The notes below the pieces were generated by a model, which was not told where the DNA came from, ran no database searches, and was given only the letters and a program-made list of their open reading frames with translations. Source: Eledone cirrhosa (taxonomy: Eukaryota). From it: a stretch of 64,000 nt of DNA. The stretch lies in assembly GCA_964016885.1 (NCBI GenBank), contig OZ024766.1, positions 11,966,001-12,030,000 of the forward strand. The letters are read 5' to 3'. Positions 7,801 to 22,800 of this stretch are shown in pieces (position 1 is the first letter of the stretch; each line of letters begins with the position of its first letter). The position numbers and the translations under genes are program-made.

Positions 7801-10800
7801 TGTTTGCTGTGTCTCCTACATGACCACTTTACAGTGTGGACTGGGAGCTGTTTGCTGTGTCTTTTACATGACCACTTTACAGTGTGGACTGGGTGCTGTT
7901 TGCTGTGTCTTTTACATGACCACTTTACAGTGTGGACTGGGAGCTGTTTGCTGTGTCTTTTACATGACCACTTTACAGTGTGGACTGGGTGCTGTTTGCT
8001 GTGTCTCCTACATGACCACTTTACAGTGTGGACCGGGTGCTGTTTGCTGTGTCTCCTACATGACCACTTTACAGTGTGGACTGGGTGCTGTTTGCTGTGT
8101 CTTTTACATGACCACTTTACAGTGTGGACTGGGTGCTGTTTGCTGTGTCTTTTACATGACCACTTTACAGTGTGGACTGGGTGCTGTTTGCTGTGTCTTC
8201 TACATGACCACTTTACAGTGTGGACTGGGTGCTGTTTGCTGTGTCTTTTACATGACCACTTTACAGTGTGGACTGGGTGCTGTTTGCTGTGTCTTCTACA
8301 TGACCACTTTACAGTGTGGACTGGGTGCTGTTTGCTGTGTCTCCTACATGACCACTTTACAGTGTGGACTGGGTGCTGTTTGCTGTGACACCTACATGAC
8401 CACTTTACAGTGTGGACTGGGAGCTGTTTGCTGTGTCTCCTACATGACCACTTTACAGTGTGGACTGGGTGCTGTTTGCTGTGTCTTTTACATGACCACT
8501 TTACAGTGTGGACTGGGTGCTGTTTGCTGTGTCTTTTACATGACCACTTTACAGTGTGGACTGGGTGCTGTTTGCTGTGTCTCCTACACGACCACTTTAC
8601 AGTGTGGACTGGGTGCTGTTTGCTGTGTCTCCTACATGACCACTTTACAGTGTGGACTGGGAGCTGTTTGCTGTGTCTCCTACATGACCACTTTACAGTG
8701 TGGACTGGGTGCTGTTTGCTGTGTCTTTTACATGACCACTTTACAGTGTGGACTGGGTGCTGTTTGCTGTGTCTTTTACATGACCACTTTACAGTGTGGA
8801 CTGGGTGCTGTTTGCTGTGTCTCCTACATGACCACTTTACAGTGTGGACTGGGTGCTGTTTGCTGTGTCTCCTACATGACCACTTTACAGTGTGGACTGG
8901 GTGCTGTTTGCTGTGTCTCCTACATGACCACTTTACAGTGTGGACTGGGAGCTGTTTGCTGTGTCTCCTACATGACCCCTTTACAGTGTGGGCTGGGTGC
9001 TGTTTGCTGTGTCTCCTACATGACCACTTTACAGTGTGGACTGGGAGCTGTTTGCTGTGTCTCCTACATGACCACTTTACAGTGTGGACTGGGTGCTGTT
9101 TGCTGTGTCTCCTACATGACCACTTTACAGTGTGGGCTGGGTGCTGTTTGCTGTGTCTCCTACATGACCACTTTACAGTGTGGGCTGGGTGCTGTTTGCT
9201 GTGTCTCCCACATGACCACTTTACAGTGTGGACTGGGTGCTGTTTGCTGTGTCTCCTACATGACCACTTTACAGTGTGGACTGGGTGCTGTTTGCTGTGA
9301 CACCTACATGACCACTTTACAGTGTGGACTGGGTGCTGTTTGCTGTGTCTCCTACATGACCACTTTACAGTGTGGACTGGGTGCTGTTTGCTGTGTCTCC
9401 TACATGACCACTTTACAGTGTGGACTGGGTGCTGTTTGCTGTGTCTCCTACATGACCCCTTTACAGTGTGGACTGGGAGCTGTTTGCTGTGTCTCCTACA
9501 TGACCACTTTACAGTGTGGACTGGGAGCTGTTTGCTGTGTCTTTTACATGACCACTTTACAGTGTGGACTGGGTGCTGTTTGCTGTGTCTTTTACATGAC
9601 CACTTTACAGTGTGGACTGGGAGCTGTTTGCTGTGTCTTTTACATGACCACTTTACAGTGTGGACTGGGTGCTGTTTGCTGTGTCTCCTACATGACCACT
9701 TTACAGTGTGGACCGGGTGCTGTTTGCTGTGTCTCCTACATGACCACTTTACAGTGTGGACTGGGTGCTGTTTGCTGTGTCTTTTACATGACCACTTTAC
9801 AGTGTGGACTGGGTGCTGTTTGCTGTGTCTTTTACATGACCACTTTACAGTGTGGACTGGGTGCTGTTTGCTGTGTCTTCTACATGACCACTTTACAGTG
9901 TGGACTGGGTGCTGTTTGCTGTGTCTTTTACATGACCACTTTACAGTGTGGACTGGGTGCTGTTTGCTGTGTCTTCTACATGACCACTTTACAGTGTGGA
10001 CTGGGTACTGTTTGCTGTGTCTCCTACATGACCACTTTACAGTGTGGACTGGGTGCTGTTTGCTGTGACACCTACATGACCACTTTACAGTGTGGACTGG
10101 GAGCTGTTTGCTGTGTCTCCTACATGACCACTTTACAGTGTGGACTGGGTGCTGTTTGCTGTGTCTTTTACATGACCACTTTACAGTGTGGACTGGGTGC
10201 TGTTTGCTGTGTCTTTTACATGACCACTTTACAGTGTGGACTGGGTGCTGTTTGCTGTGTCTCCTACACGACCACTTTACAGTGTGGACTGGGTGCTGTT
10301 TGCTGTGTCTCCTACATGACCACTTTACAGTGTGGACTGGGAGCTGTTTGCTGTGTCTCCTACATGACCACTTTACAGTGTGGACTGGGTGCTGTTTGCT
10401 GTGTCTTTTACATGACCACTTTACAGTGTGGACTGGGTGCTGTTTGCTGTGTCTTTTACATGACCACTTTACAGTGTGGACTGGGTGCTGTTTGCTGTGT
10501 CTCCTACATGACCACTTTACAGTGTGGACTGGGTGCTGTTTGCTGTGTCTCCTACATGACCACTTTACAGTGTGGACTGGGTGCTGTTTGCTGTGTCTTT
10601 TACATGACCACTTTACAGTGTGGGCTGGGTGCTGTTTGCTGTGTCTCCTACATGACCACTTTACAGTGTGGACTGGGAGCTGTTTGCTGTGTCTCCTACA
10701 TGACCACTTTACAGTGTGGACTGGGTGCTGTTTGCTGTGTCTCCTACATGACCACTTTACAGTGTGGACTGGGTGCTGTTTGCTGTGTCTTTTACATGAC

Positions 10801-13800
10801 CACTTTACAGTGTGGGCTGGGTGCTGTTTGCTGTGTCTCCTACATGACCACTTTACAGTGTGGACTGGGTGCTGTTTGCTGTGTCTTTTACATGACCACT
10901 TTACAGTGTGGGCTGGGTGCTGTTTGCTGTGTCTCCTACATGACCACTTTACAGTGTGGACTGGGTGCTGTTTGCTGTGTCTCCTACATGACCACTTTAC
11001 AGTGTGGACTGGGTGCTGTTTGCTGTGTCTTTTACATGACCACTTTACAGTGTGGGCTGGGTGCTGTTTGCTGTGTCTCCTACATGACCACTTTACAGTG
11101 TGGACTGGGTGCTGTTTGCTGTGTCTCCTACATGACCACTTTACAGTGTGGACCGGGAGCTGTTTGCTGTGTCTCCTATATGACCACTCTACAGTGTGGA
11201 CTGGGTGCTGTTTGCTGTGTCTCCTACATGACCACTTTACAGTGTGGACTGGGTGCTGTTTGCTGTGTCTCCTACATGACCACTTTACAGTGTGGGCTGG
11301 GTGCTGTTTGCTGTGTCTCCTACATGACCACTTTACAGTGTGGGCTGGGTGCTGTTTGCTGTGTCTCCCACATGACCACTTTACAGTGTGGACTGGGTGC
11401 TGTTTGCTGTGTCTCCTACATGACCACTTTACAGTGTGGACTGGGTGCTGTTTGCTGTGACACCTACATGACCACTTTACAGTGTGGACTGGGTGCTGTT
11501 TGCTGTGTCTCCTACATGACCACTTTACAGTGTGGACTGGGTGCTGTTTGCTGTGTCTCCTACATGACCACTTTACAGTGTGGACTTGGTGCTGTTTGCT
11601 GTGTCTTTTACATGACCACTTTACAGTGTGGACTGGGTGCTGTTTGCTGTGTCTTCTACATGACCACTTTACAGTGTGGACTGGGTGCTGTTTGCTGTGT
11701 CTCCTACATGACCACTTTACAGTGTGGACTGGGTGCTGTTTCCTGTGTCTCCTACATGACCACTTTACAGTGTGGACTGGGTGCTGTTTGCTGTGTCTCC
11801 TACATGACCACTTTACAGTGTGGGCTGGGTGCTGTTTGCTGTGTCTCCTACATGACCACTTTACAGTGTGGACTGGGAGCTGTTTACTGTGTCTCCTACA
11901 TGACCACTTTACAGTGTGGACTGGGTGCTGTTTGCTGTGTCTTTTACATGACCACTTTACAGTGTGGACTGGGAGCTGTTTGCTGTGTCTCCTACATGAC
12001 CACTTTACAGTGTGGACTGGGTGCTGTTTGCTGTGTCTCCTACATGACCACTTTACAGTGTGGACTGGGAGCTGTTTGCTGTGTCTTTTACATGACCACT
12101 TTACAGTGTGGACTGGGTGCTGTTTGCTGTGTCTCCTACACGACCACTTTACATTGTGGACTGGGTGCTGTTTGCTGTGTCTCCTACATGACCACTTTAC
12201 AGTGTGGACTGGGAGCTGTTTGCTGTGTCTCCTACATCACCACTTTACAGTGTGGACTGGGTGCTGTTTGCTGTGTCTTTTACATGACCACTTTACAGTG
12301 TGGACTGGGTGCTGTTTGCTGTGTCTCCTACATCACCACTTTACAGTGTGGACTGGGTGCTGTTTGCTGTGTCTTTTACATGACCACTTTACAGTGTGGA
12401 CTGGGTGCTGTTTGCTGTGTCTTTTACATGACCACTTTACAGTGTGGACTGGGTGCTGTTTGCTGTGTCTCCTACATGACCACTTTACAGTGTGGACTGG
12501 GAGCTGTTTGCTGTGTCTCCTACATCACCACTTTACAGTGTGGACTGGGTGCTGTTTGCTGTGTCTTTTACATGACCACTTTACAGTGTGGACTGGGTGC
12601 TGTTTGCTGTGTCTTTTACATGACCACTTTACAGTGTGGACTGGGTGCTGTTTGCTGTGTCTCCTACATGACCACTTTACAGTGTGGACTGGGTGCTGTT
12701 TGCTGTGTCTCCCACATGACCACTTTACAGTGTGGACTGGGTGCTGTTTGCTGTGTCTCCTACATGACCACTTTACAGTGTGGACTGGGTGCTGTTTGCT
12801 GTGTCTCCTACATGACCACTTTACAGTGTAGGCTGGGAGCTGTTTGCTGTGTCTCCTACATGACCACTTTACAGTGTGGGCTGGGAGCTGTTTGCTGTGT
12901 CTCCTACATGACCACTTTACAGTGTGGGCTGGGTGCTGTTTGCTGTGTCTCCTACATGACCACTTTACAGTGTGGACTGGGTGCTGTTTGCTGTGTCTCC
13001 CACATGACCACTTTACAGTGTGGACTGGGTGCTGTTTCCTGTGTCTCCTACATGACCACTTTACAGTGTGGACTGGGTGCTGTTTGCTGTGTCTCCTACA
13101 TGACCACTTTACAGTGTGGACTGGGTGCTGTTTGCTGTGTCTCCTACATGACCACTTTACAGTGTGGGCTGGGAGCTGTTTGCTGTGTCTCCTACATGAC
13201 CACTTTACAGTGTGGGCTGGGTGCTGTTTGCTGTGTCTCCTACATGACCACTTTACAGTGTGGGCTGGGTGCTGTTTGCTGTGTCTCCTACATGACCACT
13301 TTACAGTGTGGACTGGGTGCTGTTTGCTGTGTCTCCTACATGACCACTTTACAGTGTGGGCTGGGTGCTGTTTGCTGTGTCTCCTACATGACCACTTTAC
13401 AGTGTGGGCTGGGTGCTGTTTGCTGTGTCTCCTACATGACCACTTTACAGTGTGGGCTGGGAGCTGTTTGCTGTGTCTCCTACATGACCACTTTACAGTG
13501 TGGGCTGGGTGCTGTTTGCTGTGTCTCCTACATGACCACTTTACAGTGTGGGCTGGGTGCTGTTTGCTGTGTCTCCTACATGACCACTTTACAGTGTGGA
13601 CTGGGTGCTGTTTGCTGTGTCTCCTACATGACCACCTTACAGTGTGGAGTGGGAGCCTTTTTACTGTGTCTCCTACATGACCACTTTACAGTGTGGGCTG
13701 GGAGCTGTTTACTGTGTCTCCTACATGACCACTTTACAGTGTGGGCTGGGAGCTGTTTACTGTGTCTCCTACATGACCACTTTACAGTGTGGACTGGGAG

Positions 13801-16800
13801 CTGTTTGCTGTGTCTCCTACATGACCACTTTACAGTGTGGACTGGGTGCTGTTTGCTGTGTCTCCTACATGACCACTTTACAGTGTGGACTGGGTGCTGT
13901 TTGCTGTGTCTCCTACATGACCACTTTACAGTGTGGACTGGGTGCTGTTTACTGTGTCTCCCACATGACCACTTTACAGTGTGGACTGGGAGCTGTTTGC
14001 TGTGTCTCCTACATGACCACTTTACAGTGTGGACTGGGTGCTGTTTGCTGTGTCTCCTACATGACCACTTTACAGTGTGGACTGGGTGCTGTTTACTGTG
14101 TCTCCCACATGACCACTTTACAGTGTGGACTGGGTGCTGTTTGCTGTGTCTCCTACATGACCACTTTACAGTGTGGACTGGGTGCTGTTTGCTGTGTCTC
14201 CTACATGACCACTTTACAGTGTGGACTGGGTGCTGTTTGCTGTGTCTCCTACATGACCACTTTACAGTGTGGACTGGGTGCTGTTTGCTGTGTCTCCTAC
14301 ATGACCACTTTACAGTGTGGACTGGGTGCTGTTTACTGTGTCTCCCACATGACCACTTTACAGTGTGGACTGGGAGCTGTTTGCTGTGTCTCCTACATGA
14401 CCACTTTACAGTGTGGACTGGGTGCTGTTTGCTGTGTCTCCTACATGACCACTTTACAGTGTGGACTGGGTGCTGTTTGCTGTGTCTCCTACATGACCAC
14501 TTTTCAGTGTGGACTGGGTGCTGTTTGCTGTGTCTCCTACATGACCCCTTTACAGTGTGGACTGGGTGCTGTTTGCTGTGTCTTTTACATGACCACTTTA
14601 CAGTGTGGACTGGGAGCTGTTTGCTGTCTCCTACATGACCACTTTACAGTGTGGGCTGGGTGCTGTTTGCTGTGTCTTTTACATGACCACTTTACAGTGT
14701 GGACTGGGAGCTGTTTGCTGTGTCTCCTACATGACCACTTTACAGTGTGGGCTGGGTGCTGTTTGCTGTGTCTCCTACATGACCACTTTACAGTGTGGAC
14801 TGGGTGCTGTTTGCTGTGTCTCCTACATTACCACTTTACAGTGTGGACTGGGAGCTGTTTGCTGTGTCTCCTACATGACCACTTTACAGTGTGGACTGGG
14901 AGCTGTTTGCTGTGTCTTTTACATGACCACTTTACAGTGTGGACTGGGTGCTGTTTGCTGTGTCTCCTACATGACCACTTTACAGTGTGGACTGGGAGCT
15001 GTTTGCTGTGTCTCCTACATGACCACTTTACAGTGTGGACTGGGTCCTGTTTGCTGTGTCTCCTACATGACCCCTTTACAGTGTGGACTGGGAGCTGTTT
15101 GCTGTGTCTTTTACATGACCACTTTACAGTGTGGGCTGGGTGCTGTTTGCTGTGTCTCCTACATGACCCCTTTACAGTGTGGACTGGGAGCTGTTTGCTG
15201 TGTCTCCTACATGACCACTTTACAGTGTGGACTGGGTGCTGTTTGCTGTGTCTCCTACATGACCCCTTTACAGTGTGGACTGGGAGCTGTTTGCTGTGTC
15301 TCCTACATGACCCCTTTACAGTGTGGACTGGGAGCTGTTTGCTGTGTCTCCTACATGACCCCTTTACAGTGTGGACTGGGTGCTGTTTGCTGTGTCTTTT
15401 ACATGACCACTTTACAGTGTGGACTGGGTGCTGTTTGCTGTGTCTTTTACATGACCACTTTACAGTGTGGGCTGGGTGCTGTTTGCTGTGTCTTTTACAT
15501 GACCACTTTACAGTGTGGGCTGGGTGCTGTTTGCTGTGTCTTTTACATGACCACTTTACAGTGTGGGCTGGGTGCTGTTTGCTGTGTCTCCTACATGACC
15601 ACTTTACAGTGTGGACTGGGAGCTGTTTGCTGTGTCTTTTACATGACCACTTTACAGTGTGGGCTGGGTGCTGTTTGCTGTGTCTCCTACATGACCCCTT
15701 TACAGTGTGGACTGGGTGCTGTTTGCTGTGTCTTTTACATGACCACTTTACAGTGTGGACTGGGTGCTGTTTGCTGTGTCTTTTACATGACCACTTTACA
15801 GTGTGGGCTGGGTGCTGTTTGCTGTGTCTTTTACATGACCACTTTACAGTGTGGGCTGGGTGCTGTTTGCTGTGTCTTTTACATGACCACTTTACAGTGT
15901 GGGCTGGGTGCTGTTTGCTGTGTCTCCTACATGACCCCTTTACAGTGTGGACTGGGTGCTGTTTGCTGTGTCTTTTACATGACCACTTTACAGTGTGGAC
16001 TGGGTGCTGTTTGCTGTGTCTTTTACATGACCACTTTACAGTGTGGGCTGGGTGCTGTTTGCTGTGTCTTTTACATGACCACTTTACAGTGTGGGCTGGG
16101 TGCTGTTTGCTGTGTCTTTTACATGACCACTTTACAGTGTCGGCTGGGTGCTGTTTGCTGTGTCTCCTACATGACCACTTTACAGTGTGGACTGGGAGCT
16201 GTTTGCTGTGTCTTTTACATGACCACTTTACAGTGTGGGCTGGGTGCTGTTTGCTGTGTCTCCTACATGACCCCTTTACAGTGTGGACTGGGTGCTGTTT
16301 GCTGTGTCTTTTACATGACCACTTTACAGTGTGGACTGGGTGCTGTTTGCTGTGTCTTTTACATGACCACTTTACAGTGTGGACTGGGTGCTGTTTGCTG
16401 TGTCTTTTACATGACCACTTTACAGTGTGGACTGGGTGCTGTTTGCTGTGTCTTTTACATGACCACTTTACAGTGTGGACTGGGAGCTGTTTGCTGTGTC
16501 TCCTACATGACCACTTTACAGTGTGGACTGAGTGCTGTTTACTGTGTCTCCTACATGACCACTTTACAGTGTGGACTGGGTGCTGTTTGCTGTGTCTTTT
16601 ACATGACCACTTTACAGTGTGGACTGGGAGCTGTTTGCTGTGTCTTTTACATGACCACTTTACAGTGTGGGCTGGGTGCTGTTTGCTGTGTCTCCTACAT
16701 GAACCCTTTACAGTGTGGACTGGGTGCTGTTTGCTGTGTCTTTTACATGACCACTTTACAGTGTGGACTGGGTGCTGTTTGCTGTGTCTTTTACATGACC

Positions 16801-19800
16801 ACTTTACAGTGTGGACTGGGTGCTGTTTGCTGTGTCTTTTACATGACCACTTTACAGTGTGGACTGGGTGCTGTTTGCTGTGTCTTTTACATGACCACTT
16901 TACAGTGTGGACTGGGAGCTGTTTGCTGTGTCTCCTACATGACCACTTTACAGTGTGGACTGGGTGCTGTTTACTGTGTCTCCTACATGACCACTTTACA
17001 GTGTGGACTGGGTGCTGTTTGCTGTGTCTTTTACATGACCACTTTACAGTGTGGACTGGGAGCTGTTTGCTGTGTCTCCTACATGACCACTTTACAGTGT
17101 GGACTGGGTGCTGTTTGCTGTGTCTCCTACATGACCACTTTACAGTGTGGACTGGGTGCTGTTTGCTGTGTCTCCTACATGACCACTTTACAGTGTGGAC
17201 TGGGTGCTGTTTGCTGTGTCTTTTACATGACCACTTTACAGTGTGGACTGGGAGCTGTTTGCTGTGTCTCCTACATGACCACTTTACAGTTTGGACTGGG
17301 AGCTGTTTGCTGTGTCTCCTACATGACCACTTTACAGTGTGGACTGGGTGCTGTTTGCTGTGTCTCCTACATGACCACTTTATAGTGTGGACCGGGTGCT
17401 GTTTGCTGTGTCTCCTACACGACCACTTTACAGTGTGGACTGGGTGCTGTTTGCTGTGTCTCCTACACGACCACTTTACAGTGTGGACTGGGTGCTGTTT
17501 GCTGTGTCTCCTACACGACCACTTTATAGTGTGGACCGGGTGCTGTTTGCTGTGTCTCCCACATGACCACATTACAGTGTGGACTGGGTGCTGTTTGCTG
17601 TGTCTTTTACATGACCACTTTACAGTGTGGACTGGGTGCTGTTTGCTGTGTCTCTTACACGACCACTTTACAGTGTGGACTGGGTGCTGTTTGCTGTGTC
17701 TCCTACATGACCACTTTACAGTGTGGACTGGGTGCTGTTTGCTGTGTCTTTTACATGTCCCCTTTACAGTGTCGACTGGGAGCTGTTTGCTGTGTCTTTT
17801 ACATGACCACTTTACAGTGTGGACTGGGTGCTTTTGCTGTGTCTCCTACATGACCACTTTATAGTGTGGACCGGGTGCTGTTTGCTGTGTCTTTTACATG
17901 ACCACTTTACAGTGTGGACTGGGTGCTGTTTGCTGTGTCTCCTACATGACCACTTTACAGTGTGGACTGGGAGCTGTTTGCTGTGTCTCCTACATGACCA
18001 CTTTACAGTGTGGACTGGGTGCTGTTTGCTGTGTCTTTTACATGACCACTTTACAGTGTGGACTGGGTGCTGTTTGCTGTGTCTCCTACACAACCACTTT
18101 ACAGTGTGGACTGGGTGCTGTTTGCTGTGTCTCCTACATGACCACTTTACAGTGTGGACTGGGAGCTGTTTGCTGTGTCTCCTACATGACCACTTTACAG
18201 TGTGGACTGGGTGCTGTTTGCTGTGTCTCCTACATGACCACTTTACAGTGTGGGCTGGGTGCTGTTTGCTGTGTCTCCTACATGACCACTTTACAGTGTG
18301 GACTGGGTGCTGTTTGCTGTGTCTCCTACATGACCACTTTACAGTGTGGACTGGGTGCTGTTTGCTGTGTCTCCTACATGACCACTTTACAGTGTGGACT
18401 GGGTGCTGTTTGCTGTGTCTCCTACATGACCACTTTACAGTGTGGACTGGGTGCTGTTTACTGTGTCTCCCACATGACCACTTTACAGTGTGGACTGGGA
18501 GCTGTTTGCTGTGTCTCCTACATGACCACTTTACAGTGTGGACTGGGTGCTGTTTGCTGTGTCTCCTACATGACCACTTTACAGTGTGGACTGGGTGCTG
18601 TTTGCTGTGTCTCCTACATGACCACTTTTCAGTGTGGACTGGGTGCTGTTTGCTGTGTCTCCTACATGACCCCTTTACAGTGTGGACTGGGTGCTGTTTG
18701 CTGTGTCTTTTACATGACCACTTTACAGTGTGGACTGGGAGCTGTTTGCTGTCTCCTACATGACCACTTTACAGTGTGGGCTGGGTGCTGTTTGCTGTGT
18801 CTTTTACATGACCACTTTACAGTGTGGACTGGGAGCTGTTTGCTGTGTCTCCTACATGACCACTTTACAGTGTGGGCTGGGTGCTGTTTGCTGTGTCTCC
18901 TACATGACCACTTTACAGTGTGGACTGGGTGCTGTTTGCTGTGTCTCCTACATTACCACTTTACAGTGTGGACTGGGAGCTGTTTGCTGTGTCTCCTACA
19001 TGACCACTTTACAGTGTGGACTGGGAGCTGTTTGCTGTGTCTTTTACATGACCACTTTACAGTGTGGACTGGGTGCTGTTTGCTGTGTCTCCTACATGAC
19101 CACTTTACAGTGTGGACTGGGAGCTGTTTGCTGTGTCTCCTACATGACCACTTTACAGTGTGGACTGGGTCCTGTTTGCTGTGTCTCCTACATGACCACT
19201 TTACAGTGTGGACTGGGAGCTGTTTGCTGTGTCTCCTACATGACCCCTTTACAGTGTGGACTGGGAGCTGTTTGCTGTGTCTTTTACATGACCACTTTAC
19301 AGTGTGGGCTGGGTGCTGTTTGCTGTGTCTCCTACATGACCCCTTTACAGTGTGGACTGGGAGCTGTTTGCTGTGTCTCCTACATGACCACTTTACAGTG
19401 TGGACTGGGTGCTGTTTGCTGTGTCTCCTACATGACCCCTTTACAGTGTGGACTGGGAGCTGTTTGCTGTGTCTCCTACATGACCCCTTTACAGTGTGGA
19501 CTGGGAGCTGTTTGCTGTGTCTCCTACATGACCCCTTTACAGTGTGGACTGGGTGCTGTTTGCTGTGTCTTTTACATGACCACTTTACAGTGTGGACTGG
19601 GTGCTGTTTGCTGTGTCTTTTACATGACCACTTTACAGTGTGGGCTGGGTGCTGTTTGCTGTGTCTTTTACATGACCACTTTACAGTGTGGGCTGGGTGC
19701 TGTTTGCTGTGTCTTTTACATGACCACTTTACAGTGTGGGCTGGGTGCTGTTTGCTGTGTCTCCTACATGACCACTTTACAGTGTGGACTGGGAGCTGTT

Positions 19801-22800
19801 TGCTGTGTCTTTTACATGACCACTTTACAGTGTGGGCTGGGTGCTGTTTGCTGTGTCTCCTACATGACCCCTTTACAGTGTGGACTGGGTGCTGTTTGCT
19901 GTGTCTTTTACATGACCACTTTACAGTGTGGACTGGGTGCTGTTTGCTGTGTCTTTTACATGACCACTTTACAGTGTGGGCTGGGTGCTGTTTGCTGTGT
20001 CTTTTACATGACCACTTTACAGTGTGGGCTGGGTGCTGTTTGCTGTGTCTTTTACATGACCACTTTACAGTGTGGGCTGGGTGCTGTTTGCTGTGTCTCC
20101 TACATGACCCCTTTACAGTGTGGACTGGGTGCTGTTTGCTGTGTCTTTTACATGACCACTTTACAGTGTGGACTGGGTGCTGTTTGCTGTGTCTTTTACA
20201 TGACCACTTTACAGTGTGGGCTGGGTGCTGTTTGCTGTGTCTTTTACATGACCACTTTACAGTGTGGGCTGGGTGCTGTTTGCTGTGTCTTTTACATGAC
20301 CACTTTACAGTGTGGGCTGGGTGCTGTTTGCTGTGTCTCCTACATGACCACTTTACAGTGTGGACTGGGAGCTGTTTGCTGTGTCTTTTACATGACCACT
20401 TTACAGTGTGGGCTGGGTGCTGTTTGCTGTGTCTCCTACATGACCCCTTTACAGTGTGGACTGGGTGCTGTTTGCTGTGTCTTTTACATGACCACTTTAC
20501 AGTGTGGACTGGGTGCTGTTTGCTGTGTCTTTTACATGACCACTTTACAGTGTGGACTGGGTGCTGTTTGCTGTGTCTTTTACATGACCACTTTACAGTG
20601 TGGACTGGGTGCTGTTTGCTGTGTCTTTTACATGACCACTTTACAGTGTGGACTGGGAGCTGTTTGCTGTGTCTCCTACATGACCACTTTACAGTGTGGA
20701 CTGAGTGCTGTTTACTGTGTCTCCTACATGACCACTTTACAGTGTGGACTGGGTGCTGTTTGCTGTGTCTTTTACATGACCACTTTACAGTGTGGACTGG
20801 GAGCTGTTTGCTGTGTCTTTTACATGACCACTTTACAGTGTGGGCTGGGTGCTGTTTGCTGTGTCTCCTACATGAACCCTTTACAGTGTGGACTGGGTGC
20901 TGTTTGCTGTGTCTTTTACATGACCACTTTACAGTGTGGACTGGGTGCTGTTTGCTGTGTCTTTTACATGACCACTTTACAGTGTGGACTGGGTGCTGTT
21001 TGCTGTGTCTTTTACATGACCACTTTACAGTGTGGACTGGGTGCTGTTTGCTGTGTCTTTTACATGACCACTTTACAGTGTGGACTGGGAACTGTTTGCT
21101 GTGTCTCCTACATGACCACTTTACAGTGTGGACTGGGTGCTGTTTACTGTGTCTCCTACATGACCACTTTACAGTGTGGACTGGGTGCTGTTTGCTGTGT
21201 CTTTTACATGACCACTTTACAGTGTGGACTGGGAGCTGTTTGCTGTGTCTCCTACATGACCACTTTACAGTGTGGACTGGGTGCTGTTTGCTGTGTCTCC
21301 TACATGACCACTTTACAGTGTGGACTGGGTGCTGTTTGCTGTGTCTCCTACATGACCACTTTACAGTGTGGACTGGGTGCTGTTTGCTGTGTCTTTTACA
21401 TGACCACTTTACAGTGTGGACTGGGAGCTGTTTGCTGTGTCTCCTACATGACCACTTTACAGTTTGGACTGGGAGCTGTTTGCTGTGTCTCCTACATGAC
21501 CACTTTACAGTGTGGACTGGGTGCTGTTTGCTGTGTCTCCTACATGACCACTTTATAGTGTGGACCGGGTGCTGTTTGCTGTGTCTCCTACATGACCACT
21601 TTACAGTGTGGACTGGGTGCTGTTTGCTGTGTCTCCTACACGACCACTTTACAGTGTGGACTGGGTGCTGTTTGCTGTGTCTCCTACACGACCACTTTAT
21701 AGTGTGGACCGGGTGCTGTTTGCTGTGTCTCCCACATGACCACATTACAGTGTGGACTGGGTGCTGTTTGCTGTGTCTTTTACATGACCACTTTACAGTG
21801 TGGACTGGGTGCTGTTTGCTGTGTCTCTTACACGACCACTTTACAGTGTGGACTGGGTGCTGTTTGCTGTGTCTCCTACATGACCACTTTACAGTGTGGA
21901 CTGGGTGCTGTTTGCTGTGTCTTTTACATGTCCCCTTTACAGTGTCGACTGGGAGCTGTTTGCTGTGTCTTTTACATGACCACTTTACAGTGTGGACTGG
22001 GTGCTTTTGCTGTGTCTCCTACATGACCACTTTATAGTGTGGACCGGGTGCTGTTTGCTGTGTCTTTTACATGACCACTTTACAGTGTGGACTGGGTGCT
22101 GTTTGCTGTGTCTCCTACATGACCACTTTACAGTGTGGACTGGGAGCTGTTTGCTGTGTCTCCTACATGACCACTTTACAGTGTGGACTGGGTGCTGTTT
22201 GCTGTGTCTTTTACATGACCACTTTACAGTGTGGACTGGGTGCTGTTTGCTGTGTCTCCTACACAACCACTTTACAGTGTGGACTGGGTGCTGTTTGCTG
22301 TGTCTCCTACATGACCACTTTACAGTGTGGACTGGGAGCTGTTTGCTGTGTCTCCTACATGACCACTTTACAGTGTGGACTGGGTGCTGTTTGCTGTGTC
22401 TCCTACATGACCACTTTACAGTGTGGGCTGGGTGCTGTTTGCTGTGTCTCCTACATGACCACTTTACAGTGTGGACTGGGTGCTGTTTGCTGTGTCTCCT
22501 ACATGACCACTTTACAGTGTGGGCTGGGTGCTGTTTGCTGTGTCTTTTACATGACCACTTTACAGTGTGGACTGGGTGCTGTTTGCTGTGTCTCCTACAT
22601 GACCACTTTACAGTGTGGACTGGGAGCTGTTTGCTGTGTCTCCTACATGACCACTTTACAGTGTGGACTGGGAGCTGTTTACTGTGTCTCCTACATGACC
22701 CCTTTACAGTGTGGACTGGGAGCTGTTTGCTGTGTCTCCTACATGACCACTTTACAGTGTGGACTGGGTGCTGTTTGCTGTGTCTCCTACATGACCACTT

